Shown here: positions 1 through 11,187 of the stretch, one piece after another
How the letters are laid out: the number at the start of each line of letters is the position of its first letter
How positions within the stretch are numbered: the first letter of the stretch is position 1
Translations under genes and position numbers: made by a program
The notes under the pieces: model-generated
What the model saw: the letters and a program-made list of their open reading frames with translations, nothing else
The model's database searches: none
Told to the model about the DNA's origin: nothing
Assembly: GCA_024704765.1 (NCBI GenBank)
Contig: JAKMXF010000313.1
Coordinates: forward strand, 341,450 to 405,449
From: Oopsacas minuta
Taxonomy: Eukaryota; Animalia; Porifera
Reading direction: 5' to 3'
Length of the DNA stretch: 64,000 nucleotides

Positions 1-1358
1 ATTACCAGCTTTGAGCATGTCTGGCCTAACACAGTAGTGAAGTGCTGCTTCTTCCACCTCACACAGAATATCTGGCGACATGTGCAGTCTGTAGGGCTGC
101 AGTCTGCCTACACACATGACGAAGAGTTGGCTATGTGCATCCGGAGGATACCAGCCCTTGCTTTTGCCCGACCAGCAGACGTACACGATCTGTTTGATCA
201 AGTGGCAATGGACCTCCCCCTTACGTCTGAGATAGGCGAACTAGTCGACTACTTTGAGAGGACGTATATCGGTCGCACGCTAGCCAGTGGATACCATGTA
301 GCGGCGACGTTCCCCATCGACCTGTGGAACTACCACCTCAGCACGCCCTTCGGGCTCCCCCGTACAACCAACGCCGTGGAGGCATGGCACCACAGCTTCA
401 ATGCCACTGTCGGCTGCCATCACCCCACCATATGGAAGTTCCTCCTAGCCCTCAAGCGTGAGCAGGGCCTAGTGGAGGTGCGGCATACTAACTACCTCGT
501 TGGCAAGCCACCAACCAAGCGAAGGCGGTCCCAACAGAGTGAGGAAGCGTTGAAGACTCTAGTTCGTGAATATTATTCTCAAGATCGTTCTAAAATGGAG
601 TTCTTGCAGGGTGTAGCACATCATTTCAGTCTGGGAGCCGATTAACATGTTAATCTAAAGGATTATCTAGCCCTCAAATACATTGATTAGAGATAATCCT
701 TTAGATTAACATGTTAATCGGCTCCCAGACTGAAATGATGTGCTACACCCTGCAAGAACTCCATTTTAGAACGATCTTGAGAATAATATTCACGAACTAG
801 AGTCTTCAACGCTTCCTCACTCTGTTGGGACCGCCTTCGCTTGGTTGGTGGCTTGCCAACGAGGTAGTTAGTATGCCGCACCTCCACTAGGCCCTGCTCA
901 CGCTTGAGGGTTAGGAGGAACTTCCATATGGTGGGGTGATGGCAGCCGACAGTGGCATTGAAGCTGTGGTGCCATGCCTCCACGGCGTTGGTTGTACGGG
1001 GGAGCCCGAAGGGCGTGCTGAGGTGGTAGTTCCACAGGTCGATGGGGAACGTCGCCGCTACATGGTATCCACTGGCTAGCGTGCGACCGATATACGTCCT
1101 CTCAAAGTAGTCGACTAGTTCGCCTATCTCAGACGTAAGGGGGAGGTCCATTGCCACTTGATCAAACAGATCGTGTACGTCTGCTGGTCGGGCAAAAGCA
1201 AGGGCTGGTATCCTCCGGATGCACATAGCCAACTCTTCGTCATGTGTGTAGGCAGACTGCAGCCCTACAGACTGCACATGTCGCCAGATATTCTGTGTGA
1301 GGTGGAAGAAGCAGCACTTCACTACTGTGTTAGGCCAGACATGCTCAAAGCTGGTAAT
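1..1358. repeat. Long near-perfect inverted repeat (palindrome): arms 1-668 and 691-1358, 22-bp spacer
   Basis: Position i pairs with 1359-i. The only mismatch noticed is 448/911 (LLALKR vs LLTLKR in the mirrored ORFs). The left arm runs off the window start. Confidence 0.95.
37..645 (+). mobile_element. MULE/Mutator transposase C-terminal fragment (left arm of palindrome)
   Basis: CFFHLTQNIWR and RTTNAVEAWH motifs typical of MULE DDE transposases; mirror copy of 714-1358. Confidence 0.85.
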
Positions 1359-1421
1359 CGGGCCCTTCTCAAAGTCCAGGAGCATCTGTTGAGGCTGGGC
1401 AAGTGGATACAGTAGGCCCAA
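714..1421 (-). mobile_element. MULE transposase C-terminal half, GC-rich copy
   Basis: DFE...CCFFHLTQNIW...RTTNAVEAWH; the N-terminal DGTF motif is absent. Confidence 0.85.
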
Positions 1422-1426
1422 TCAAA

Positions 1427-2700
1427 TTAGGTGCGAATTGTCGGTATTCCAAAAGATAAAGTAAGGTTTCTAATATTTTCGTTGATTTGCCTGTATTTTA
1501 TATTCTTGGAATAAGCGTTTACATTTCCGATATTTATTTGAGCTAATAGCGTTTCTGTACATCCTTGCTCTCTAATGAGTTTTGACACAAATTCATAGAT
1601 ATTCGCGTGTGCCTTTACAATCGTTCTATTTAATCTTAAATGCCAACATTCCAGATTATTATTTGTTCTTCGTTCTACTCCATACATATTCCAAAGTTTA
1701 TGGTTCACAGTTTCAATCCAGTACTGTTGAAAATAGTTTACAAGTGCTTGCAATTCATCAGGGTATTCGTGCTTTAGATCTTGAAATGTTTGAGGGATAA
1801 GTTCAACCGGTATAAAGGCCAAGGCAAGAAGCTTTCGTATATACCTATATATTTTAGGATTTTCTTCAGAAGTATAAAATTGAGATAGGCCCAAAATTTG
1901 TACCTTGCGATAAACTGCTTGGCAAAAATGGAAATAGCATCCACGGATACAGGCTGTAGGAATTCCAATCTAATGCTGGCTATCAGTCCGCTTTCAAAAT
2001 CACATGTGACCAGCTCTGGTGATAATATCGTGGTTAGCTCATTTGCCTTGTCTTTAAGGGCTCGAATTACTTCAGAATATATGATACGTGTTTTAGCAGG
2101 AGTAGGCAATATATGAGAGGAATTAGTTTATCACCTTCAAACGCACGAATGCTGAATAGTTGAAGGTATAAATGAGGTTCGCTTCTAAATGTACCATCTA
2201 CACGCCAATGTTTCTTTGTAGAAAGCTTTATGATATTAGCTTCTGTACTAAATATAAGGATTTCATCACCTGTTGGAGAGTAGAGTAGAAAGTTAGCACC
2301 AGCAATTGATTGCTGAAGGTTAACCGGTAAATTCAATGTCTCCCTTGAAGTTGGAAGTATAGGGAGATTGCTTAATCTCTCTCGATACAAAGAAGAATCG
2401 ATTTGACCGAAAAGAGGAAATCTTGAAGCAATAGAAGGATTAACAGAGAGGGTAGCTGCAGCATCATCATATAACGTTGGTATCGGAGTTAGTTGAGTCC
2501 TTGTCTTCATTTTCAGGTCAGAAACTACTAATTCAATGGCCCTAGCATCTGAATCTGGGATACAATGTTCATGGTGAGGAGTTCTAGTTTGAATATCACT
2601 GATCCCCTGATCATTTATGCTATAGATACAGCCATTGCAATCTCGAGTGCGACAACGCTATCATTTCTTAGTATTGGCCGACACTAAATTGTCATATCTA
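1427..2700 (-). mobile_element. Degenerate AT-rich MULE transposase (FLYWCH-like N-terminus plus DDE), frameshifted
   Basis: Three overlapping frames give WRVDGTF...YLQLFSI, VTCDFESGL and RTNNNLECWH. Upstream (about 2550-2670) reads *RCRTRDC...HHEH, a FLYWCH-like motif with Trp mutated to stop. Confidence 0.85.
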
Positions 2701-3889
2701 TAAGAAAGACCTTCAAAACTTAACGCAGGACACTTTTTTGTTGTTTCGTACTGAGATGCCATTTGATGAAATAATTTTCTTTGACATGGAAAAGGTTCCC
2801 ATTTATACGAAATTGATCAATGATACCAAAATGTGTATTATTTTAACATCAAAAAGCTCCCTTTTATTCGGGTCTCATTTTGATAACTTTACACATTGTG
2901 ATATGGTTTCGCTCAAGTAGGGAAACGCCTCTATATATAAGTTTCAGCAAAATTGTCAAACTACAATTGACCATCAGATTAATCAAAGTTACAAGTGCAG
3001 GGATACACATGCTAATGTTGAGAAATTTTCTCCACAATTTCTAAAATTCCACCAATTATAATCCTCGAAGTTGGTCATTTCGATCAGATAATACCATCGA
3101 TCACATCAAATTGATAATCTAAGCATCAATCGCATGAATAAAATACTGCAGTCATATAAGGTCGCTAATTATATAAAGAAATATTTGAGGAATCTATAAA
3201 AGGACTGTGTTATCCGCAATTTAACCATAATCAGTAGATAAACACCTTTATGTAAATATAAAGGGGAAGATTCGAAAAGGTTGTTATATAGCGGTAAGAA
3301 TAAAATAGCTAAATGCAAGATCCAAACCCACTTCTTCCAAGAATTATTATTGTAAAAGCAAATAGAAGGCAAAGAAAGAAAAATAACAATCTGATTTTGT
3401 ATAATAAGGTGTAGGGTAAACACCAAGGCATAGAAGCCAACTTACCTGTAAGTTTTTATATGAAGAATATGTAGTAAAGTTTGTAAAGCAAATATTAATT
3501 AACTAATCTACTCCTTATATCTGATTCTGAGTATAATATTATGGGTATATTATAATTCTCTATTAAGCTATTTATAATACAACCATAATGCTATTCTATA
3601 GAATTTCAATGCATTGAATTAGCTTATTTATGTAAAATATTTATTGCAATTCTTTTGCTGTGATAAATATCTTAAAAAGAAATAATTGTATGACGTAAGC
3701 AAGGGGCAAGGGGGGGCATATCGTAGTACTCATTTGCACCCTCTCATCTTCTATATTTGGGCCTATTCCTACCTCAAAAATCAGTCTCTATTGGATACAA
3801 GGATAGGGTCGCCTCTGACATTTGTTGGACGTGTTATACCTCCCCCTTATGATAATTGTTTATATTAGGTTATTACAAACAACAACAAA

Positions 3890-4623
3890 ATGGCGTCAAA
3901 CACAATACAAACAAACTCAAGCATAAAAGTTCTTTGTCTACTAATAGGAATTCCAGCTTACTGGGAAAACAACATTCACACGAAACTTCAAAGAATGTCT
4001 CAGATCTGTCGATTCTAATTTGGATATAATTTGTGTCGAATTTGACACTTATCTTCCAAAGGACACCAGATGTGTCGCCACACCTGTTGATGTGTTTGAG
4101 TAGCGTAAACATCGTGACAACATGAAGACACAAATAACCACATTACTCGACACTCAAGACAGCAGTTCTAAAAGTAAAATTTTGTTTTATTTTAGATGAC
4201 TCCTTCCATTATCCGAGTATGAGGTATGAATATTATAGATTGTCGCGTGGGTGGGGTTTGGGATTTAAACAGCTGTTTTTTGAAATATCTTTGGAGGACA
4301 GTTTGTGTTGCAGTAAGGAGTGGGAAAATAAATTACTTAAGGACACAATTTATAATATTTGGGGGCAATTAGTGAGCCGATTGGCTCAGGATTGAAATGG
4401 GAGCAGGACACAATTTTTGGTTGACACCGCTAAGGAATTTCGGTATGATTCGATTGCAACACAATTGGAAGTGGCAGCGGCAAATATTGTGCAACCTCCA
4501 TGCGACACAAAACAGAAACTAATCGAGAAAGAAGTGTCCCGAAAAGAGACACTATCAAGTGTGCCACACAAATCTGACAATTTCGTGAGAAAAGTGGTTG
4601 GTGGCATGATTAATAGAGACTAG
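3890..4623 (+). pseudogene. PSTK: PSTK (L-seryl-tRNA(Sec) kinase)-like pseudogene or error-containing gene
   Basis: Hand translation across frameshifts gives LCLLIGIPA/TGKTTF (P-loop), IICVEFDTYLP, ILDDSFHYPSMRYEYYRLSR.WGLGFKQLF and HKSDNFVRKVV, matching PSTK motifs. There is a +1 shift near 3959, an in-frame TAG at 4101-4103, and further shifts near 4185 and 4370-4415. Confidence 0.8.
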
Positions 4624-5644
4624 AGGATATTTAGAAAATATAATATGTGTTAATTGTAAATAATGGAAATAATCAATAAACTAATGTTTAGGTAAATACG
4701 TTCTGAGTAAAGAGTAAACAAAAATACAAACAAAGTTATAATGCTGATAATAATTCTATTTTAATTAGAAGAGTTATGCTGTCTTTACAATATTTAGCTT
4801 CTAATATTACAGTGTTTGAAATTAATGAAGAAGATCCAAAACCTTCATCATTTCTCAGCTGAGTAGGTCTCCTGAAGCTATTAGAATAAATCTCCAAATC
4901 TTCCTTAGTTACTTGAGTAGTGTTTCATAATTATTATTAATGTTAATACGGGTTAAAATATACTCAAGTCAAGGAGAAATACTCCATTGTCTACAGTTAC
5001 CAGTTGAAAAGGAATATTCTGGTACAAAGGTAAGGATTATACTAAAAGATGATTCGGAATTATATGTATCATCTCTTCGAGGAACTTTATTTTATTTTTC
5101 TTTGTAAATTTGAATTTCACAAATTTAGTTGAATTTAGGTGCAGAATCCCATTGGCAGACACATTTGAGTTAAAAAGGCTTGGTGGAAGCAAAATTAACA
5201 ATGAAAGTGTTGCAATTCAGTAGCTAGTTTTCCGAATTTGATAAAGCATAGTTGCCGGACTGTTTTGACACTATTTTGGATATTCAACAACTTGTACTTA
5301 CATATAAGTATTTTTACTACACCATGAGGTTACACAGACAATTACCTAAGGAGGAAACTTTCTACTCATAATGTCTCAATTTTCAAGAACTCAATACAAT
5401 TCCAATTATTATAATATGTGATTGCTTTACACATTGATATCCTAAATATATTCGGTATTTATTGCTTTAATATTATTTAATATATAGTTCTTGCGTAGTG
5501 GTTTCCAACCTAGGGGTCATGACTCCCCATACGTGTCGCCATTGCATTAATTGGGGGTCTTTTGATTGACTTATGCACTTACAGTATCTGTTGTATTAGT
5601 AGAATAATTTTCATCAGGGATACATTTTTCATTTGTTGTCCTAC

Positions 5645-5930
5645 CATGGGCGTAATTTTAGGGGTGGCCGCCAGCCCAGTTTAGGATAGTAGAACTAGCA
5701 TAAGTTTACTTAACTAATAGTTAGGCTGTAAAAATTAAAGAAAATATTGAATTATAGCACTATGTCATACTTTCAAACTTAATTCTTCAGATTTGTTAGA
5801 ATTGTTATAGATAAATATATTATAATTTAGATCCTAAATGGAATTATTTCTCAAATGAAATTTAACCCACTCTGTACATGAATCCCGCCACCCCAGATTT
5901 ATCTCATTTTTCAGAAAAGTTACGCCCATG
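5645..5930. mobile_element. hAT-like MITE
   Basis: Perfect 11-bp TIR CATGGGCGTAA / TTACGCCCATG; no intact target-site duplication. Confidence 0.55.
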
Positions 5931-6338
5931 CTTGTAAATTTCCGCCTATTAAACTCGTGCCCGGAGGATGCCCCCTTGACTCAAATTGCAAACTGTAAAT
6001 TTCGGCTCGCTTCGCTCGCATCTTATCCTAAATATAATGTAATCTCACCCAAATATCAGGGACACATCTTGTATTAATCAACGGACCTAGTATTATTTTA
6101 TGAGTATTACTCTGAGCACATGAATACATCTTATTCGTATACTCCAAACACAAAGAAAATCAGAGAAGAATCCAAACCAATGTAAATTACGCAGTTCTGA
6201 CAAATTGTTTCAAGATTCAAATCCACGTGACAATAAAAAAAAAAGGTAATTAATGTGGTAACAATTACTGCTTATTGTCCATCGGTTACGCCCCACTTCA
6301 CTGGAAGACTTACAACACCCCAGACCCACAGCTGTAGT

Positions 6339-7086
6339 CAGTGGCGTAGCCAGGTTCTATAGTCAGGGGTAGTGAGTACTAGAAAAAGGCGTCAATCCCA
6401 AAACCAAATAAATACTCTATCATCTAAATTATCCAAAAAATGCTATCTCAGTAAATAAATGTTTATTTAGGGTTATTAACATCATCATCACACACGCTAG
6501 ATAAATATAAAAACGCAAACTATTTTAGGATATGTTCCAACTGCTTTCGTCTAGGCTTTATCCTAGCGAAATAATCTATTATTTTATCATTATCCACTTC
6601 AGTAGCCAAACTTCTTTCAATGGAAATCAAAGCTAACCCTCACAATATTTCCCCATCAATAGTAGATATGATTCAAAGAATAATACTTTATGGTTGCATA
6701 ATACTGAATGTGTATGGAGGTGTTTGAATAGCAAAGCTAGTTTCATGCAAATAAAGATCTACACTTTACAGATGTACTGTTACACGCAATACATTTATGA
6801 TATATCCAATTCTAATTGAATGCACACATTAGCTGACTATAGCTAATATTGCAATTTATGGAACACCGGACAAAAACTTTCAGCAATTCAATCTATAACC
6901 GAATACAGTGGAGTCTCCCAAAACGGACAGAAACCATGTCCCCAACGTGTCCGTTATTCGGATAATATACATACACTCTTTTCCCAAATATTGAACCGAT
7001 AAGGATGTAATATAATCATTTGAAAATGCGGAGCAAATGCGTCCAGGAGGAGCGATGCTCCCCTGCTCCCCCTGGCTACGCCACTA
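6339..7086. mobile_element. Non-autonomous hAT element (748 bp)
   Basis: TIR (C/T)AGTGGCGTAGCCAGG at both ends; perfect 8-bp TSD GCTGTAGT at 6331-6338 and 7087-7094. Confidence 0.9.
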
Positions 7087-7225
7087 GCTGTAGTGGGGTC
7101 GTGTATATGTGACTGGGGCCCCCAATGTTCTCCGAGATGCCACATCATTACTCCAAGGGGCCAGAAAAATGTCAACTTTCTGGGCTAATTACTAATCTAA
7201 CTTTATTTCTTTCGATGGTCTAGAA

Positions 7226-7284
7226 CAGTGGTTCTCAACTTGGGGTCCGTGGCCCTAAAAACGTTTATAGGTTGAGAACCAATG
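7226..7284. mobile_element. 59-bp minimal Charlie-type hAT MITE
   Basis: TIR CAGTGGTTCTCAAC / GTTGAGAACCAATG (13/14); 8-bp TSD GTCTAGAA at 7218-7225 and 7285-7292. Confidence 0.85.
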
Positions 7285-7740
7285 GTCTAGAACTTGTTCC
7301 CCACCAGATTGAATTTGTGCCCCCCAGATTTCAAAGCCACATGACACCACTGCCCAGTTGGATGGTTATACCCAACTAGAAATTTATAGATTTGCCACTA
7401 GGCTTGGCTCCTCCTAAACACATGAAAACAACTTCCCTCTCTCCTGCCCCCTGGAAAATTCCGCCCCCCCCTTAGGGGAAAAATTCTGGCGACGTTCTTG
7501 ACTTCAGTCGACATTCGATTGAGTAGAATGAAAGTTTGATGTACGAAATACATAAAGTATCCATTGTATGAACCATATGCTGCCATATGATAAGTCAGGT
7601 AGACCTCTGGGCTGCCTAGACTTATCCGGGTGCTCGGGTCGTTTTACGACGCCTATGATTAGAATGGAATGTTAACTTTTAATCCTCGAACTAAGTGCCT
7701 TAAATTTCAGTAACCTTTTCCAAATTTAGCAAATTTATCT

Positions 7741-7889
7741 TAGAATTCCCCACTTAAAGAGGTAAATTCAATGGAGTAAGGGATGATTATCTCTAAAGTA
7801 TTCCCCATTACCCTGGTTATAGAGGTTCGTTTCTATGGAATTCAATGAAGACGGGCGAAAATTGCCCCACTTATAGAGGTTGCACTGTA
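7741..7889. mobile_element. Tc1/mariner (pogo/Tigger-like) MITE end
   Basis: Ends in GAGGTTGCACTG followed by TA; homologous to 55075-55235. Related (TA)CAGTGGA termini recur near 6903, 8813, 20185, 42520 and 60685. Confidence 0.6.
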
Positions 7890-10800
7890 TTTATAGTCAC
7901 TAACTCTAACCAGCCCTTTAATAATATCAGAGTAATTAATGTTATCATTAATTAATTAGACTAGTATACACTTCAATATTATCATCACCAGCTCTTATAC
8001 TTTCTGTGATTTACAAGATGTGCTGACTCGGTTACTCATGACGACATTATCTCAAATCTAAAATGGTGAGTTAACTGATTATCATAGATATTGTTGATGA
8101 TCTCCAAGGTGTTCATAAATTTTTGATGCATCAAAAGTGGAAGTCATCAAATTTTAGCCTACCTTCTTCAGTTTGGTTTTTTATAATAACAGTACACAAA
8201 CACATATCATCTATAGTCACCAAAGATATAGTACGATTTAGCTTGTTTGGGTAAACTAAGAAGCACAAACTATCAAATATATTCGATTGAGAAAATTAAC
8301 AGTATAGGCGGCTATTTACAATTTGCTACAGACATTTTCACTATTTCGGACTATTTGGAAGATTTTTGGGTATGAAATATATAAAAATAATCCATATTAA
8401 TGAGCTATCCTAAGGTCATCAAACACGATGTTCTAAAAATACACCTTATCCAAATATTTTAGGCTAAATTTTTGATGACATAGAATCTAACTTCAATCTA
8501 TGTTGAATATACAAGTAATTGGATCGGTAACGCATAATTGTCAAGTCTCACGGATTGTAACCAAGTCTCACTTTAACTTTTACATTCTCACTTTAAAAAT
8601 CCTCAAAATTTAATGTCATAACTGTCAAGTTAACATGAAAAGAACAGTGTTAGGTCATTATGTTAGCTAAAATCAGATTGGTAATCCTCATATTTTATTT
8701 GTTTTAAAAAAACTCGCTAAAATAACAATAATCTTGACGATCTCACGGATCGAAATTTCAAAATTTGACAACTTTGTTAATGATTCCTAGTCTCACCAAC
8801 TAAACAGCTTTATGGTACAGTGGAACCCTGCATAACCGACATTCGTTGGGACATTAACGAGTGTCGGTTTATGTGTATATACAAATTTGTTTGATACTTA
8901 ACAGGACTGTACGCACTATATAAGGGTTCATTTGGTTCGAACGAACCCCGGCCCCCCTTTACACAGAAATATTTTATTTGTTCGCTCTATAGTAAAGTGG
9001 ATTAAAGGTCTTGTTTGGCTTTTTCCTGATATACCTTTAATGGTTCGAATTTGAAATACTATCTTAATACTGCATATACGAATTCATCCACAGCTTGAAT
9101 ACATGGTTTGTCTTATTCGCAGTATTCTCCTGCAGACATTTGTCAGGATGACTAAGAAGTTAGAACGCCTCTTCTCTAAGTCTAAGCCCAAAGTATCTAG
9201 TTGATCTCTAGCCCAATCGGTCCCCTTTCACTTCCCTCTCTAAAGTTTAAGAGACTTTTAGAAAACAACTATATATTATATATTTGTGCTTTCGCTATGC
9301 ACCCAGGATATTCATTTCTATCAATCGAATATTCTTCGATCAATTCAGTTCTGCTTTCTCCTTCTTGATTAACTCATCATAATTACTCGTATATGGATAT
9401 ACATTACAGACTTGCCAACCCCTCGTTATCAATCCCTTGATTTTAACAATTTCCCTCGATTATCCAGGGAAATACTTGGATCTCTTAGGCCGATAATCTA
9501 GTGCTGAAAAGGTTAGAAGTTGCATTGTTGCGTCTCCTAATGTATATTTCATTGATTATGGGATGATCAGAAAATTGATATACGAAATATTTTATTACTT
9601 TAGGGAATAGCTCATATTTTCTAAATTCATTTATGAACATCTGAAACATAGACTATGACAGATTTTAATCTATCTCTGAATATATGATATCTGAATGCTA
9701 GAACAGAGTAAAACAATTTGGTTCTGACAAGTGACAGTTGATCCAAATATCGATTCGGACAAGTGTCAGTTGACTACGATTCGGATAAGTGACAGTCACG
9801 AGTATTCTGACGAATGCCAACTGGAAAATTCTGACAAATGCAGCTCCCCTCATTCATTATTCAATGTATCCGATTTCAACTTGTAATATATGCGTTGTGA
9901 CCTTATAAGCAAAAGATAATACAAGTTTACAGTTAGATATGTAAGAATTAAATAAGAAATTACTGTTTACTATTGTTTGGCTTATTTCGGCATATTGTAC
10001 CCGAGCTATCAAATATGAATAGTAAATGAATTTATGGAGTTATACTTTACTCTATCACAGCTGTGAGCCAAATTATATTTCATTTTCTAATCAAGAAGAG
10101 GATCTTAAATCAACTCTTAAAATATAAGAGATTTCTATCACACAGTTTTGAGTATAAAGAATTTATTTGTATTTAACTCTTTGGACATTTTTTAGGTTTA
10201 AAAGTTAATTAAATAATTAATTAACTCTACTCCAAACCCAATCAAGAACCTACCAATACATATATGATATATTATATAATATTTAGAGGAATAAAGAGTA
10301 TAGAGAACCTGACAAGAGTATGTTAATAGAAGTTCGAGGATAATTACTCAATAGTTAATACTTAGATGCCAAGTGTTATCACCAAATTTCAAGACAAACT
10401 GCTAAATACACACATAGATGTAACCTTTTTCATCAATCCGTGAGATTTCTTCAGAAGTTCCGTGAGATTTGGCATCTCTACATCAAAATTACAGTGGAGG
10501 AGACTAAATAACGTGAGATTTTAGAGCCGCTAAAATCCGTAAGACTACGGATAACCCCATTAGTTTGTTATCTCTGTACACACTTCAGAATAAATTTATA
10601 CATTCCACAATCCTACGACTAAAGTATTCAGTATTCAGTCAGGGACAAGCCAAGGAGACTTGTTTGTAGGAAGAATAATAAGTTCTCATAAGAGAATTAA
10701 TTGAAGCGCTGATATCGGAGCTGTTATCTAGCTCACCTTATCATACTAGGATTATGATCAGTTATTCTAAGTCCTATCATTTGAATGCATTTGTATGCAA

Positions 10801-11187
10801 ATTCTCGAGAACCTCCTAATATCTTTTATATATCTATCCGTCAGTCCTCTCTAAGTTTTGTCATATATCCATGGTATCATATTATCTTCCTTAGCACTTA
10901 AAGAATAATAGAAATACTGTTATACTTGTATCGAGTTTCAATATTGTTTTCAGAATTTTTGAAAATTCTTCACTCTTATGCTTGGTATTTTTCCTAATTT
11001 TACATTTACTGAGTCATATCAGGGAAATTAATAAGATTAATCATATTTAATTATTAAGAAGAACGCTTCAATGTGCTAGATTATCAAACTATAAATGGAA
11101 AAAGTTTTCTACGAACTAGATATTGCATGTAATGTGTTATTTATTGCCGTATTTCTTATATTGAAGTGTATAGCTGACTATTTGATA

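Noticed and set aside
9722-9840. Degenerate GACAAGTGACAGT repeats with variable gaps
   Set aside because: Units are short and irregular with no unique spacers of constant length; most likely a decayed minisatellite or TE subterminal motifs.
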